Below are positions 28,018-40,766 of a stretch of 64,000 nucleotides of DNA, piece after piece. Both the position numbers and the translations under genes were made by a program. The DNA comes from Malacoraja senta (lineage: Eukaryota): the NCBI GenBank assembly GCA_038087875.1, contig JAXLNO010000385.1:310001-374000 (forward strand), written 5' to 3'. Position 1 is the first letter of the stretch, and each line of letters begins with the position of its first letter. The notes under the pieces were generated by a model. That model saw nothing but the letters and a program-made list of their open reading frames with translations. It was not told the DNA's origin and did no database searches.

Positions 28018-31000
28018 GTAATCTATCTTCTATCTATCTTCGATACTTTACTAAAACTCATCTTGTCCTCTTCCGGATTGCGCTGAATTTACATTTGCGC
28101 AAAGACGGTCCCCGATAGCGCCACGACCCCCCCCCCTCCGCCTTACTCGCCGTTCCCCTGTGCTACAAGCGCACTAAGGTTTCTTGCGATCGGTGGGATA
28201 TTACAAAAGTTGCGAAGGTTTAAAAATTGTAAGATCAGCAGATTGGTCTTCTCTCCTGTCGGTCGCCGGGACGACCACGCCCCTTCCGGCACCCGCTGTC
28301 AATCACCGGGGCGAGGAGAATAAAGCAACGGAGGCCGGGCTGAGTCCGTGAGCCGCCCTGAGCCCCGCGGCCGTCCCGAATCCGTCCCGAATCCGTCCCG
28401 CCTGAAGCCATCGCGCCCCGAAGCCGCCCCGAAGCCAGTGAGCCTCGAAGACGTCCCGAAGCCGGTGAGCCCCGAAGCCGCCCCAAAGCGTCCCGAAGTC
28501 GGTGAGGCCGGAGCCGTCCCGAAGCCGGTGAGTCCCGCAGCCGCCGTGGAGCCTAGGAGCCGCCCCGAGACGAGGAACCCCGGAGGCGGCCCGGAGTTGG
28601 GAGCGGTCCGGACCCTGGCCGACTGCTGCCACCACGAGATCCTGCGGAAGTAAGGAGGGAGTGTGGGGGGATTGAGGGAGCCGGGCGCTGGCGGGGGCCG
28701 GGCGCTGGCCGGGGCACAGCACCACCGCACACACACCGCCGCAATCCCCTCCCCTCGCACACACCCCCAAACGTAGGCCACGGCAGCGCCGCCCCCCCGG
28801 CCCCCACCTGAAGCCGTCGCCCTCCCCGTCCCCAGCTGCAGGACTATCCTAAGAAAAGTCCATTCGGCCCACAATGCCTGTACTAGCCCTCCGGAAACGC
28901 GTCCCTTCGACCCACAACACCTATACCAGCCCTCCAGAAAACCTCCCACTCTAGCCCCCGCCTGAAGCCATTCCCCTCCCCCGGCAGCAGGACGCTCCTA
29001 TCACTGTCCACCGACAGCCCCTGCCTGAAGCCGTTCCTCTCCCCGGGTATAGGTCGCTGCCCCCCCCTCTACTGCCAGCCCCCGGCTGAAGCCGTTCCCC
29101 ACCCACGGCTGTAGGACGCTCCACTCCGCCCCAGACACCCCCCTCCTGAAGCCGTCCCCCATCCCCTGCTGCCGGCGCCCCATCCCGCTCCCCTCCCCCG
29201 GCTGCGGGTCGCTCGCCCCAACACCACCACCGGCCCCGACAGCCTCCGCTTCAAGCTGCTCCCCTCCCCGGCTGTAGGAAGCTCCCCCTGGCCCCCGAAT
29301 GCACCCACCTGAAGCTGTCCCCCTCCCACAGCTGCAGGATGCTCGCCCCAACCCCCACAGGCCCCGACAACCCACGCCTGAAGCTGTCCCTGTCCCCCTG
29401 CTTCAGGAACCCCCGCCAACCGGTCGCGACAAACCCCGCCTGAAGCCGTCCCCGTCCCCCTGCTGCAAGATCCTCCCTCCCCAACCGGCCGCGACAGCCC
29501 CCGCCTGAAGCCGTCTCCCCCTCCCAGCTGTCGGATGCTCCCCTCTCCGTCACCTGCTCCGACAGCCCCCGTCTGAAGCCCTAACCCCACCCAACTGCCC
29601 CAGACAGCCGCCGACTGAAGCCGTGCCCCCCCCTCCCCCCAGCTGTAGGACGCTCCCCCCCGTCAGCCCCCGCCTGAATCCGTCCCAATCCCCCGGCTGC
29701 AGGCTGTCCCTCCCCAGGTCGCTCGCACCACCCCACCCCCGGAACCGGTCCCTGACAGCCCCCGAATGAAGCCGTCCTCGTCCCCGGTTACAGGACGCTC
29801 CCGCTGACCCCCAACCGAAGCTGTCCCCTTCCTCCAGCTACAAGGTCCCACATAAGTGCTTAGTATACAAACTTAAAGCACACGGTATTGGGGGTTCAGT
29901 ATTGATGTGGATAGAGAATTGGCTGGCAAACAGGAAGCAAAGAGTAGGTGTAAACGGGTCCTTTTCAGAATGGCAGGCAGTGGCTAGTGGGGTAGCGCAA
30001 GGCTCAGTGTTGGGACCCCAGCTATTTACGATATATATTAATGATTTGGACGAGGGAATTGAATGCAACATCTCCAAGTTTGCGGATGACACGAAGCTGG
30101 GGGGCAGTGTTAGCTGTGAGGAGGATGCTAGGAGGCTGCAAGGTGACTTGGATAGGCTGGGTGAGTGGGCAAATGCATGGCAGATGCAGTATAATGTGGA
30201 TAAATGTGAGGTTATCCACTTTGGTGGCAAAAACAGGAAAGTAGACTATTATCTAAATGGTGGCGGATTAGGAAAAGGGGAGATGCAACGGGACCTGTGT
30301 GTCATGGTACACCAGTCATTGAAAGTAGGCATGCAGGTGCAGCAGGCAGTGAAGAAAGCGAATGGTATGTTAGCATTCATAGCAAAATGATTTGAGTATA
30401 GGAGCAGGGAGGTTCTACTGCAGTTGTACAGGGTCTTGGTGAGACCACACCTGGAGTATTGCGTACAGTTTTGGTCTCCAAATCTGAGGAAAGACATTCT
30501 TGCCATAGAGGGAAACAGAGAAGGTTCACCAGACTGATTCCTGGGATGTCAGGACTTTCATATGAAGAAAGACTGGATAGAATCGGCTTGTACTCGCTAG
30601 AATTTAGAAGATTGAGGGGGGATCTTATAGACACTTACAAAATTCTTAAGGGGTTGGACAGGCTAGATACAGGAAGATTGTTCCCGATGTTGCGGAAGTC
30701 CAGGGCAAGTGGTCACAGTTTAAGGATTAAGGGGAAATCGTTTAGGACCGAGATGAGAAAAACATTTTTCACACAGAGAGTGGTAAATCTCTGGAACTCT
30801 CTGCCACAGAAGGTAGTTGAGGCCAGTTCATTGGCTATATTTAAGAGGGCGTTAGATGTGGCCCTTGTGGCTAAAGGGATCAGGGGGTATGGAGAGAAGG
30901 CAGGTACAGGATACTGAGTTGGATGATCAGCCATGATCATATTGAATGGCGGTGCAGGCTCGAAGGGCCGAATGGCCTACTCCTGCACCTATTTTCCATG

Positions 31001-31368
31001 TTTCTATGTTTCTACAGGACGCTACCGCTGGCCCCCAACCGAAGCTGTCCCCTTCCTCCAGCTACAGGACGCTCCCGACAGCCCCCGCCTGAAGCCGTCC
31101 CCGTCCGCAGCTGCAGGACACTGCCCCTCTCCACGCCCACCGGCCCCCGCCTGAAGCCGTCCGTGTCTCCAGCTGCAGGATGCACCCTACAGGCCCCCTC
31201 CTGTAGCCGGTGGGAAGCGGTAGCGGAAGGCCACGGCAGCGGCAGGCCACGGCAGCGGGAGCGGTTGGCCACGGCAGCGGTAGGTCACGGCAGCGCTACC
31301 TAGTTTCAATTGCAGCCGAATATGGAATTGAGAGAGAGAGAGAGAGAGAAGGCGACTATTCTCATTTT
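28018..31368 (+). mobile_element. Helitron-like element, copy B (expanded GC-rich minisatellite, nested CR1)
   Basis: Colinear with 18180-19198, including the cgctacctagtttcaatt...ggcgactattctcattt start of the helicase fragment. Confidence 0.7.
29843..31012 (+). mobile_element. CR1/HER1 LINE, 5'-truncated RT half
   Basis: ORFs 29902-30390 (QGSVLGPQLF, KFADDTK) and 30459-30917. Confidence 0.92.
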
Positions 31369-32560
31369 TGCAGCGGGGGGCAGTTCAGTACTCAATGGGT
31401 CAGACAACATTTGTGATGCGGATAGACAGGCGTTGTTTCTCGATGGGATATTCCACCAGATCTTCATGGTTCCGATACAAAACGCCGTCTGTCCATTCCC
31501 TGCACAGTTTCTGCTCGACTCGCAGATTTGCTCCATCAATTTGTGTTTTCCACGCATTGTTTACGTCGGCTTCAGATCATCTGCGGCAAATCTAACGTCG
31601 TCAGATATGATGAGAAATGCAGCCGTCAACTGATGACAGAAAAGGTTTGTCAGAACGCGAAGTGTGCCAGTGACTGTCCCATTGTACGAGGTAATTCAAG
31701 AGCTCTCCCGAGTGAAAAAAAAATCAAACTCGTGGTAAGTACGATGAATGTACGTAGCGGGTACGTCGGAGCTCGGGGACGTCTCTTAGCGGCTCGTACC
31801 GATAACGGCAGGTACTACGGAAACGCGGTAAGCTCGTGAAGACTCGTGAAGATTTTTCAACACGTTGCAACGAGAAGAAAATGTATAGCACATTTAAAAT
31901 CAAGTCTCGTTGATCAAAGTGCTGTACACCAGAGCAGATACTAATGTGTTACATACAATGGTACACAGAGCTAACAATACATACACAGACTGTTTGCAGC
32001 GCTCCCTCAGAGGGCCTCAAAAACGCTATTGGGTAGAAATAGGTTTTGAGCCTCGATTTAAAGAAGTCGATGGCGGGGGTAGTTCTGATGAGGAGACGGA
32101 TGCTGTTCCACAGTCTAGGTGCTGCAAACGCAAAAGCGCGGTCAACCCTGAGTTTAAACCTAGACCGCGAGATAGTCAGTAGCCCCAAGTCGGCCGACCT
32201 GAGGGACCCGGAGGTAGAATGGTGGGTTAGAAGATTTTTGATACAGGAGGGGGCAAGCCCGTTAGGGTGATTGGACGGGTGCATTTAAAGGAAAGGTTAA
32301 AATGAATGTCGGGGAATCGCGGGTAAATCGGACTCGCGTTGACGGCGCATCTCGGTTAGCAGAGACGAATTGAGCCAAAGTGACAGATTCAGTGATGTAT
32401 GATTCTATAACTTCTACGAGTGATGGTTCAAATGGCCATTGCAAGCTGTTCCGTGTGAGTATGTGCGTAGTGGAGATTCTGAGCAGTTGAATGGGAATAT
32501 TGGGAGGACAAACACTGATGGGTGCAAATGTATGTTGAACTATCGGCGAGGATTAGAGGG

Positions 32561-33526
32561 TCACGGACGGACAAGTGCACGAATTGCACTCACTGGGAAT
32601 TTAACCGCGTTGATCAGCTCAGCCCTGAATTTACTCTGTGTCACCACGTAAATACACGTGTTGGTGCAGGTACTGAGCAGCTGCAGGAACCCCGACGTGA
32701 TCTCTGTGATGTAGTAATAACCGGTGGGGTTGTAGTCAACTTGCACCTTCGCAATGCGCGTAAAGATGTAAAATATGGCCTGTGTTGCCCACAGCAGGGC
32801 GAAAGTGCCCGTGATACTGAAGAGTAAAACGATGGATTTCCTGCGGTTCTCCATCTCCGGGTCCTTGTCATTCTCTCCGTTGCTTTTTCCCCGGAGCCCC
32901 CTGCGGACTCTGCTGGCCGCTACAATCCGCCTGACCGTCAACACATTGAGCAGAAGGATCAGAAAGAACGGGATACAAGGGGTTAGAACGCGGTGTGTGA
33001 CATTATATGCGATCCATGCAGCCGACGTATAGAAGGTGGGTTTGTTGTAACAACCCCAGGGAAGATTATCAAACACGTGGCCAGGTACTATTGTAAAACA
33101 CCGGGGGACGTTCTCTAAACAGCCCAGCACACTCACTGCCCCGATAATCACAGCCGCCGTTCTCTCAGTGCAATATCTTGTTTTCAGCTTCTCACAGCAA
33201 ATAGCCACAAACCGATCGAAGGTGAAGGCGACCGTCAGCCAGACAGAGACCGCGGTGGATGCAAAGACCAGGAATGAGATAGTCGTGCACACGGGAGTAA
33301 TGTTCAGCAAAGAATACGGGATGTGAACTAGAATAGTCTGACGGAGAAACGGATCGGTGATGCCGACCAGGAGATCAGACGCTGCCATGGCCACCAGGTA
33401 GACAGTGATGCATTTGGAGAGACCGCATTTACCTCGACAGAGAATCACAATCGCCAACAAGTTCACTGTGAAGGAGAGAAGAGATATTACTGACATAAGG
33501 CCCGCACAAAAGTATCTGAGGAACAT
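32561..33526 (-). CDS. gpr139-like: Class A (rhodopsin-like) GPCR of the chondrichthyan GPR139/GPR142-like expansion; intact main exon 33465-32561, N-terminus uncertain
   Basis: 321-aa open frame: TM1 VNLLAIVIL, RGKCGLSKC, TM2 MAASDLL, TM3 C..FDRFVAICC, ECL2 WGC, TM5 TPCIPF, TM6 FALLW, TM7 NTCIY, helix 8 FRAEL. A strong acceptor tctcttctctccttcacag|TG AAC lies at 33466/33465. Confidence 0.88.
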   Translation of the reverse strand: MFLRYFCAGLMSVISLLSFTVNLLAIVILCRGKCGLSKCITVYLVAMAASDLLVGITDPFLRQTILVHIPYSLLNITPVCTTISFLVFASTAVSVWLTVAFTFDRFVAICCEKLKTRYCTERTAAVIIGAVSVLGCLENVPRCFTIVPGHVFDNLPWGCYNKPTFYTSAAWIAYNVTHRVLTPCIPFFLILLLNVLTVRRIVAASRVRRGLRGKSNGENDKDPEMENRRKSIVLLFSITGTFALLWATQAIFYIFTRIAKVQVDYNPTGYYYITEITSGFLQLLSTCTNTCIYVVTQSKFRAELINAVKFPVSAIRALVRP

Positions 33527-33634
33527 TGTCTGATTGGAAGGTTTTCAAACTTCAAATTTGATTGACCAAATGACCTTTAGCACAGACCACGTTCAGAGAC
33601 TACAGCCTTTGGACCACGGTGTCCACGCACCTCA

Positions 33635-33715
33635 TTAAACACCAATGTATATTACGGTCACAGGTTTTAATACTGCCCATATTCTTATGAACTGTCTCCA
33701 GATTGTAGCATCCAT
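33635..33715 (-). other. Candidate (damaged) coding exon 1 of the GPCR
   Basis: MDATIWRQFIRIWAVLKPVTVIYIGV*, conserved as 81 nt in copy 1. Its position and IY..IGV ending resemble the N-terminus/TM1 start, but no strong donor precedes the stop. Confidence 0.45.
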
Positions 33716-33750
33716 CTACACTGTTCCATGGACAGTAGTTACAGAAACCA

Positions 33751-33766
33751 TTAATAGGCACGTCAA
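33751..33766 (-). promoter_or_regulatory. Possible core promoter (TATTAA, adjacent TGACGT)
   Basis: TATTAA lies 36 nt upstream of the candidate ATG in both copies (14870-14875 in copy 1). Motif evidence only. Confidence 0.2.
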
Positions 33767-34345
33767 TTGCATGTGGGAGGAAACATGCGCACAGCCAAGA
33801 TTAGCGTGGAGTCGGAGGACGAATGATAAAACATTGCTCATAAAGCACGGGATGGTGCAGATTGAACCTGCGTCTCCGGAACTGTGTGACACCGGCAGTC
33901 AGGCAAGGAAATCGCTATCAAAACATGGGGGTGGGGGGGACGGTAACATCGGAAGCTGACCTGGTTAGTGACCGACTCCGAACTACTGCAACAGCAGCTT
34001 CGTCCGCCTCGAATGGTTGGGGCTTGAATCCGCCCGATCGCAGGGCCTTTCGTCGGCCGGCGGGGGCTTCAACATGGGGAGCCTCGATCGCCTAGATGCA
34101 GCAGGTTGATTTTAAGACGAGCTGGGTGGTGAAAGGCCCCGCGAACTGACCGATTCAGCCCTTAGAAACCGTCTGATAAATTCCGGATTACGAAAGTAGG
34201 TGGGATTGTCCCCCACCTCTCAAAGCAACGGGGGGGGGGGGGGGTTGCTCCCGTCCCTCCCCAGAATTTCCGCCATGTAGGTGGTACTGACTGTTGCAAG
34301 GTGGCGAGCATGTACAGATACATCTGCGGATATAAATTCGAATTT

Positions 34346-37300
34346 CGCCAAAGAGCCAACTATAGATAAACATAATAAAATAACAATATTGGAATTTAAT
34401 TAAATAAAATATTATCAGCAAAAGTTACAAAATTATTTCAAATTACAAAACAGGAAAATTTTGAATTTGGTGATAAACCGCATAACCTTTTGCAACGTCA
34501 ATTGAAAAAACGGGAAAAAGATCATACGATCTTAAAGATTAAATCAGATAAAGTTGAATTGTTAACACTGCCTAATGATATTAATAAAAGATTTGCTCAA
34601 TTTTATCAACATATATATACATCTAAAACGTCAGCAGAAAGTACTAAAGTTATAGAGTTCTTGGATAACTGTAATCTCCCAAAACTTAACCTGATCGAAC
34701 AAGAGGAATTAGGAGCACAAATCTCAATTAAGGAAATAGAAGAAACAATAAACTCACTAAAGGATGGAAAAACACCAGGACCAGATGGAGTTAGTAATGA
34801 ATTTTATAAAAGATTTTATGAGATAATTTCACCACGTTTACATAAAATGTATACATATGCTTTCAAAGAAGAAACATTACCAGAAACATTAGCGGAATCA
34901 ACGATTACACTTATACCTAAAAAAGATAAAGATTTAGAAGACCCTGGTTCATACCGAGCCATTGCGCTGTTAAATACAGATCAAAAAATACTAGCAAAAA
35001 CATTAGCTAGAAGATTAAGTAAATATGTTAGTAAATTCATCAATGCGGATCAAACGGGGTTTATACCCGAGATATTCATGCAATAATCTGAGACGTCTGT
35101 TTAATATAACGCATTCATATCAAACTGAAGATCAATTATTTCATTGGACGCAGAAAAAGCATTCGATCAAGTGGAATCGCACTGCCTTGTTAAATTATTG
35201 CAAAAATTTCAAATGGGACAGAATTTTATCTCATGGGTAAAACTATTATATGAAAGGCCCACTGCTAGAATATTAACTGATAACATGTTGTCCCCGAAAT
35301 TTCAATTATCAAGGGGCAATAGACAGGGATGCTCACTATCACCTCTGCTATTTGTCTTGTAATAGAACCTCTAGCTGAAAGCATTAGAACGCATCCGAAT
35401 ATCCATGGTTATAATACAAAATACTCAAATAATAAAATATCATTATACGCAGATGATGTACTACTATACATCACAAAATCACAAATCAGTATACCAAATA
35501 TATTAAATCTAATAGAGGAATTTGGATCCTTTTCAGGAAATAGAATAAATTGGAATAAAAGTGAAATTATGACGATAAAACCCCAATACTAAACACACCT
35601 GTGAAAATTCCCTTTTAAAATTGGTACAGATCCTAGGATCTGCTTTCTTACTTTACTTCCTTCTCTAACTTCTTTTCTAAGGGGCTTTCTTTTCACAACA
35701 CTCTCTTGCACCTCACGACTCTTGCGCACTTTCTTTACTTTTCTTACTTCTATCTTTCTCTTAAAGCTCAAAAAAAAGAAGCGGTATAAAAAATGTATTA
35801 AGATATAAGTGTTGTGTATTACTGAAATTTACCGTACTTCTAATAAAAATAATTTAAAAAAAAAATTAAAAAAAATTGGTACAGAATTTTTTTTATTTGG
35901 GAATTGAAATTTCCAGAAAATATAAATCTTTATTTAATGCAAACTATATGCCCCTACTTAATAAATTAAACGCCCTGATAAAATTTTGGAAAACTCTTCC
36001 GATGTCTTTAATAGGCCGAATAAATGCTATAAAAATGATCTTTCTACCACAAATTTTATATCTATTCCAATCAATATAAATATACTTACCAAAAAAGTTT
36101 TAAAAAAAACTGGATTCCGATATCACAAATTTTATATGGGACTATATATCCCATAGTATTCAAAGACATTTGTGCAAACCTAGAGAATTTGGTGGATTAA
36201 CACTCCCTAATTTTTGTATTATAATTTGGCAGCAAATGTCAAAAATGTGATTCACCTGTTGGACAACTCTGCCCAGCGGCTGGATTGGATAGTAATGGAG
36301 AGAGAGGGTTGCTCCCCTTTTAATATAGGAGCGATCCTTCTCTCACCAATAAAACTGAATAATACAATATACAGTAAAACATCCAATTATTCATAGTACA
36401 ATTAGAATTTCGAATCAAATAAAATAACCCTAAAATTTAAGAAACCTATCGCTTCTCTCTCCCATAGTTAATAATCGGTCGTTTAAACCATCTATTATAG
36501 ATAAATCATGAACACACTGGGAAAGAATAGGAATTAAAACGTTTGGAGACATGTATGAAAATGGAAATCTGAGAAGTAATCAATATTTTAAATATTTTCA
36601 AATCCGTGATTATTTGAAAAAATATACACAAGAATATCAAAATTTGTCTCCAGACCTATTAGACGAAGCAATGAATATGAAGGCGGAATCTAATTTAATA
36701 TCATACTTGTATAATATCATCCTAAATATCGAAATACCATCATCCGATAGAATTAGAAGAGATTGGGAACAAGAACTAGCTATAAAAATCTCGAAAGAGA
36801 GTTGGGATAAACACTTGCTATATGTGCACAAATGCTCGATCAATGTAAGACATATTCTAATCAAATTTAAAACTTCACATAGACTATATTACCCAAAAAC
36901 TAAAATAAGTATTTTTTTCCAAATGTCTCCCCCATCTGTGATAAATGTCTATCCAAGAAGCAACTATAGCACATTACTTGTTTTTTTGTATAAAAATCCA
37001 AAAATTTTGGAATTAAATTTTTATAAAATTATTTAAAACAAAACTGAAACCGAAAGCAGAATTGATTATTTTTGGAACAATGGAAGCCAGCTTTGAGCTG
37101 ACTTCGTTTCAAAAGATCTTCCTTAATTACGGCTAAATAATGGCAAAAAAAACTATACTTAAATTCTGGAAAAACGCTCCCACACCAACGATAAAAATGT
37201 GGATTTCAAATATGTCCGAAATGTTACACCTAGAAGACGTGAGATTCCTCCTAGCAGGCAAATCAGACCATTTCCAAAAGATTTGGTCTCCATTTATCGA

Positions 37301-37669
37301 CTTATTACAAGCATAGGGTGCAACATAACTTTGAAAGTAAATGGTTTCAGGACCCGATGAGGGGTGTGTAAAGATACGAAGTAGGAACATCCCTTTTATC
37401 TTATTTTACTTTCTTATATCTTCTGTTTTCTATTTTTCGCTTTATTTTTCTTTTGTTTTCTTTTTAACTCTTTCTCGTGTTTTACGTTTTTACGGGTTTC
37501 TCCTGATCACTCTTTCACGCACTTACTATCTTATCTAACTCTCTCTATTCTTCTGCTTTTTAAAGTTTAAAACAAGAATTGGTACAGGAAATGTATTATG
37601 TTATTTTGGGCTTATATCACTGTAATGTACATTACTTCTAATAAATAAAATATTAAAAGATGAAAAAAA
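34346..37669 (+). mobile_element. 5'-truncated L1-clade LINE with TSD
   Basis: KTPGPDG, YRAIALLNTDQKILAK, DQTGF, DAEKAFD, RGNRQGC.LSPLLF and SLYADD motifs; aataaa plus A tail. TSD tcgaattt at 34338-34345 and 37670-37677; empty site in copy 1 near 15468. Confidence 0.95.
35631..35871 (+). mobile_element. Nested short L1 3'UTR/poly(A) insertion
   Basis: 14-bp TSD aaaattggtacaga at 35617-35630 and 35872-35885. Confidence 0.85.
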
Positions 37670-40600
37670 TCGAATTTACAGATCGTCCGAAGGAGAAGAT
37701 ATCAAAGTACATAACATTAACTGATATAAAATTACGTGACAGCATCTGTTTACATCTGAGTTAACGTCTGAGTTTACATCATAGTAAAGTCGTGACACCT
37801 TCATAGAGTCAGATCCCAGCTCGTGACATTCACTTGCTTTATCTCATGAGCTGTAGCATTACAGGTCTAACGCGGGATTACGCTTCACGCAGCGACGAGT
37901 GCAGAAAATATATCGATTATATATTCAGTTAAGCAGGTTTGTCCGATTAGGAACACATGTCATTTCACTAACACGTTTCAGACTCTCCACGGAAGCAACT
38001 CAAGTTGCCATTCTCACAGCTCCTGACCAACATACCAGGGTGTGATTATCTGATACCTGCTCGCTGGTCAGGGCTCTGGCCGGCGCAATCAGTACAGACA
38101 GTGATCCAGGCCAGGATAAACAACGGGCATGACGTAAACATTGCGGCAGTTACAGTAGGAAAATGGATGTCTAACCAAATTAAACAAGTGAATTATTGAA
38201 ACATAAACAATGTTTGTTTAACGTCGGCACCGCCGGAGTTTACGGAATGTCTCACAGCTAATGCGCGTACATGAAAATCAGAGACAAACCAAATTACCGG
38301 AAACAGCGACAGCCGCTATTGTAGGGTAATATATATTTTCAATTCGAAAGATCAATGGATATCCCATAGCTGGAAGACAGAATTAGCTCCTGTGGCTCCG
38401 TCAGTCCCTCATCGCTGTAGGTCTGTGGCGATACCTTCTGGTGGGCACCGAGATATATAGAGCGATAGGTCTCCAGCGACATGACCTCATACCTGCTGAT
38501 TGACATTAGTGACACTCACGGAACAAACACCTTGCGCCACAGCCATTATCTCCACCATGGGAGATGACAAGCGAATAATTTAAGGATCGAGTAAAAAAAT
38601 ACAAGAAGCGAGTGGCTGATAAACAGAATCTGAAGAATGGTCACTATCCGAAACGTCACCTATACACGTTCTACAAAAATGTTGCCTGTCCCTCTGTTAC
38701 ACCAGCACTTTGTGTATTTTTCACTGAAAACAAGAATTTATGCTATCCAATGAAAGAATGGTCCATGACACTGTTATTTCATTTAATGTTGGTGTGATTT
38801 CGATGGACATCTCCAGTGAACCCATCTACCATTCCAGTTTTGTTTTTTACCCCCAAAATAAATCATAATTCATACCATGACATCACTGATATTGCAAGAC
38901 TGATGCTGAAATATTCATAGAAATAGAAACATGGACAATAGATGCAGGAGGATGCCATCCGGCCCTTCGAGCAAGCACCGCCATTCATTGTCATAATGGC
39001 AGATCGTCCCCAATCACTAACCCGTGCCTGCTTTCTCCCCCTATCCCTTGATTCCACTGGCCCCTCGAGCTCTATCTAACTCTCTCTTAAATCCATCCGG
39101 TGATTTGGCCACCACTGCCCTCTGTGGCAGGGAATTCCACAAATTCACAACTCCCTGGGTGAGAAAGTTTTTTCTCAGTTTTAAATGGCCTCCCCTTTAT
39201 TCTAAGACTGTGGCCGCTGGTTCTGGACTCGCCCAACATAGGGAATATTTTTTCCCGCATCTAGTTTGTCCAGTCCTTTTATAATTGTATATGTTTCTAT
39301 AAGACATTTCTGTATCCTTTGCTCAGTCGGACTGTGCACAGTCTGACCGTGTGCTATGTTTCGCTCAATGATGGCTTCGTAATCTGCCACCCCCCCTCCC
39401 CCCTCACCCCCTCCCCCCTCCCACCCCTCCCCTCCCCCGAGCACACTGTGAGACATGGCATGTGTAATTTCAGTGTGATTTGGTTTAAGTTAGATGCAGC
39501 GTGGGAAAGAGGAACTTCGGCCACTCGGAGGGAACTCACGCGGTCACAGGGCGAATGTGCACACTTACACACAGACAGCAGACGAGGGCAGGATAGAACC
39601 CTGGTCTCTGGCGTTTTGTAGCAGTAGTGCAACCAATGTGCCGCCTTTGGTGTGATACAGCGTGGAAACATGCCCTTCGGCCCTACGTCCAAACAGAGCA
39701 ACGTGTCCCAGCTGCACTAGTCCCTGGCGTCTGGTCCATATCCCTCCAATCCCGTCCTATCGGTGTAACCTTGTAGCGGTTTCATAAACGTTGTGATAGT
39801 CCCAACCTTAACTATCTCCTCTGGCAGCTAGTTCCATACACCCACCACCTTCGGTGTGGAAACGTTACTCCTAGATTCCTATTAACTCTTTTTGTCCTTC
39901 ACCTTGCATCAACGTCGTCTGGTCAGGCAAACGCCTCCGTTGCCATGCTGTGAAAACGGAGAGGATGAGAAGGAGTTTCTTCCCAGAGGCCATTAGGACT
40001 GTAAACTCCTATCTCACCAGGGACTAACTTTACTGAACCATTTTACTGTTGTGTGGTGTCTTTTTAAAAATTGCTCTTTTTTTCTTTTTTTCCTCCCACA
40101 AATATGTAATATGTGAATATGTGATTCTGTCCATTCTGTTTGTAGTTTTTTGCACAATCCGCGAGCATTGCCACTTTCCATGTCACTGCACATCTCGTAT
40201 GTGTATGTGACGAATAAACTTGACTTGACTTGACTTGGTCCTCGATTCACCTACTCTGACCAATCTATAGGGAGGTTGCACGGCAGTCGGGGTCACGACC
40301 CTTGACCTGTACTGTTGCCACGCAAAGCCAACTGGAGTACATGCGGTGAACGTCGGGTAAGCGCTTACCACGGCTTCCAGTGCAACGGGCCCGTTTTCTG
40401 TCCCAGCATTCGGACTCCACGCTGACTGGTTCCACACTCACGTACCCCGGGCCGTCTATCCCCGCGGCTGGGGGTCTGGGGGTGTTCGGGGGAGAGTGGT
40501 CGGTGTCCGGTGCCGGTGCAGTGCGGTCAGTGACTGTGGGTGGGCGGAGGGACCAGACTGTCCCCAACACTGCTGCAGCTGACGGGGTCGTTGCCGGGTT

Positions 40601-40766
40601 GTCGGTGGTGATCGGGGGGGAGGTGGGTCAGTGGCTCTGGCTGGGCGGAGGGACCAGACTGTCCCCAACTCCGCTGCAGCTGACGGGGTCGTTGCGGGGT
40701 TTCGTCCCCGTGTGTCCACTGCCCAGAGCCGCGGCCCTGCTCCACCCGGCCCGTGTGTGTCACACA

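Larger units (their letters stand above)
31369..40760. repeat. GPCR duplicon copy 2
   Basis: Offset 18878 from copy 1 at both the left junction and the GPCR stop codon. Carries a private L1 insertion. Confidence 0.92.
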
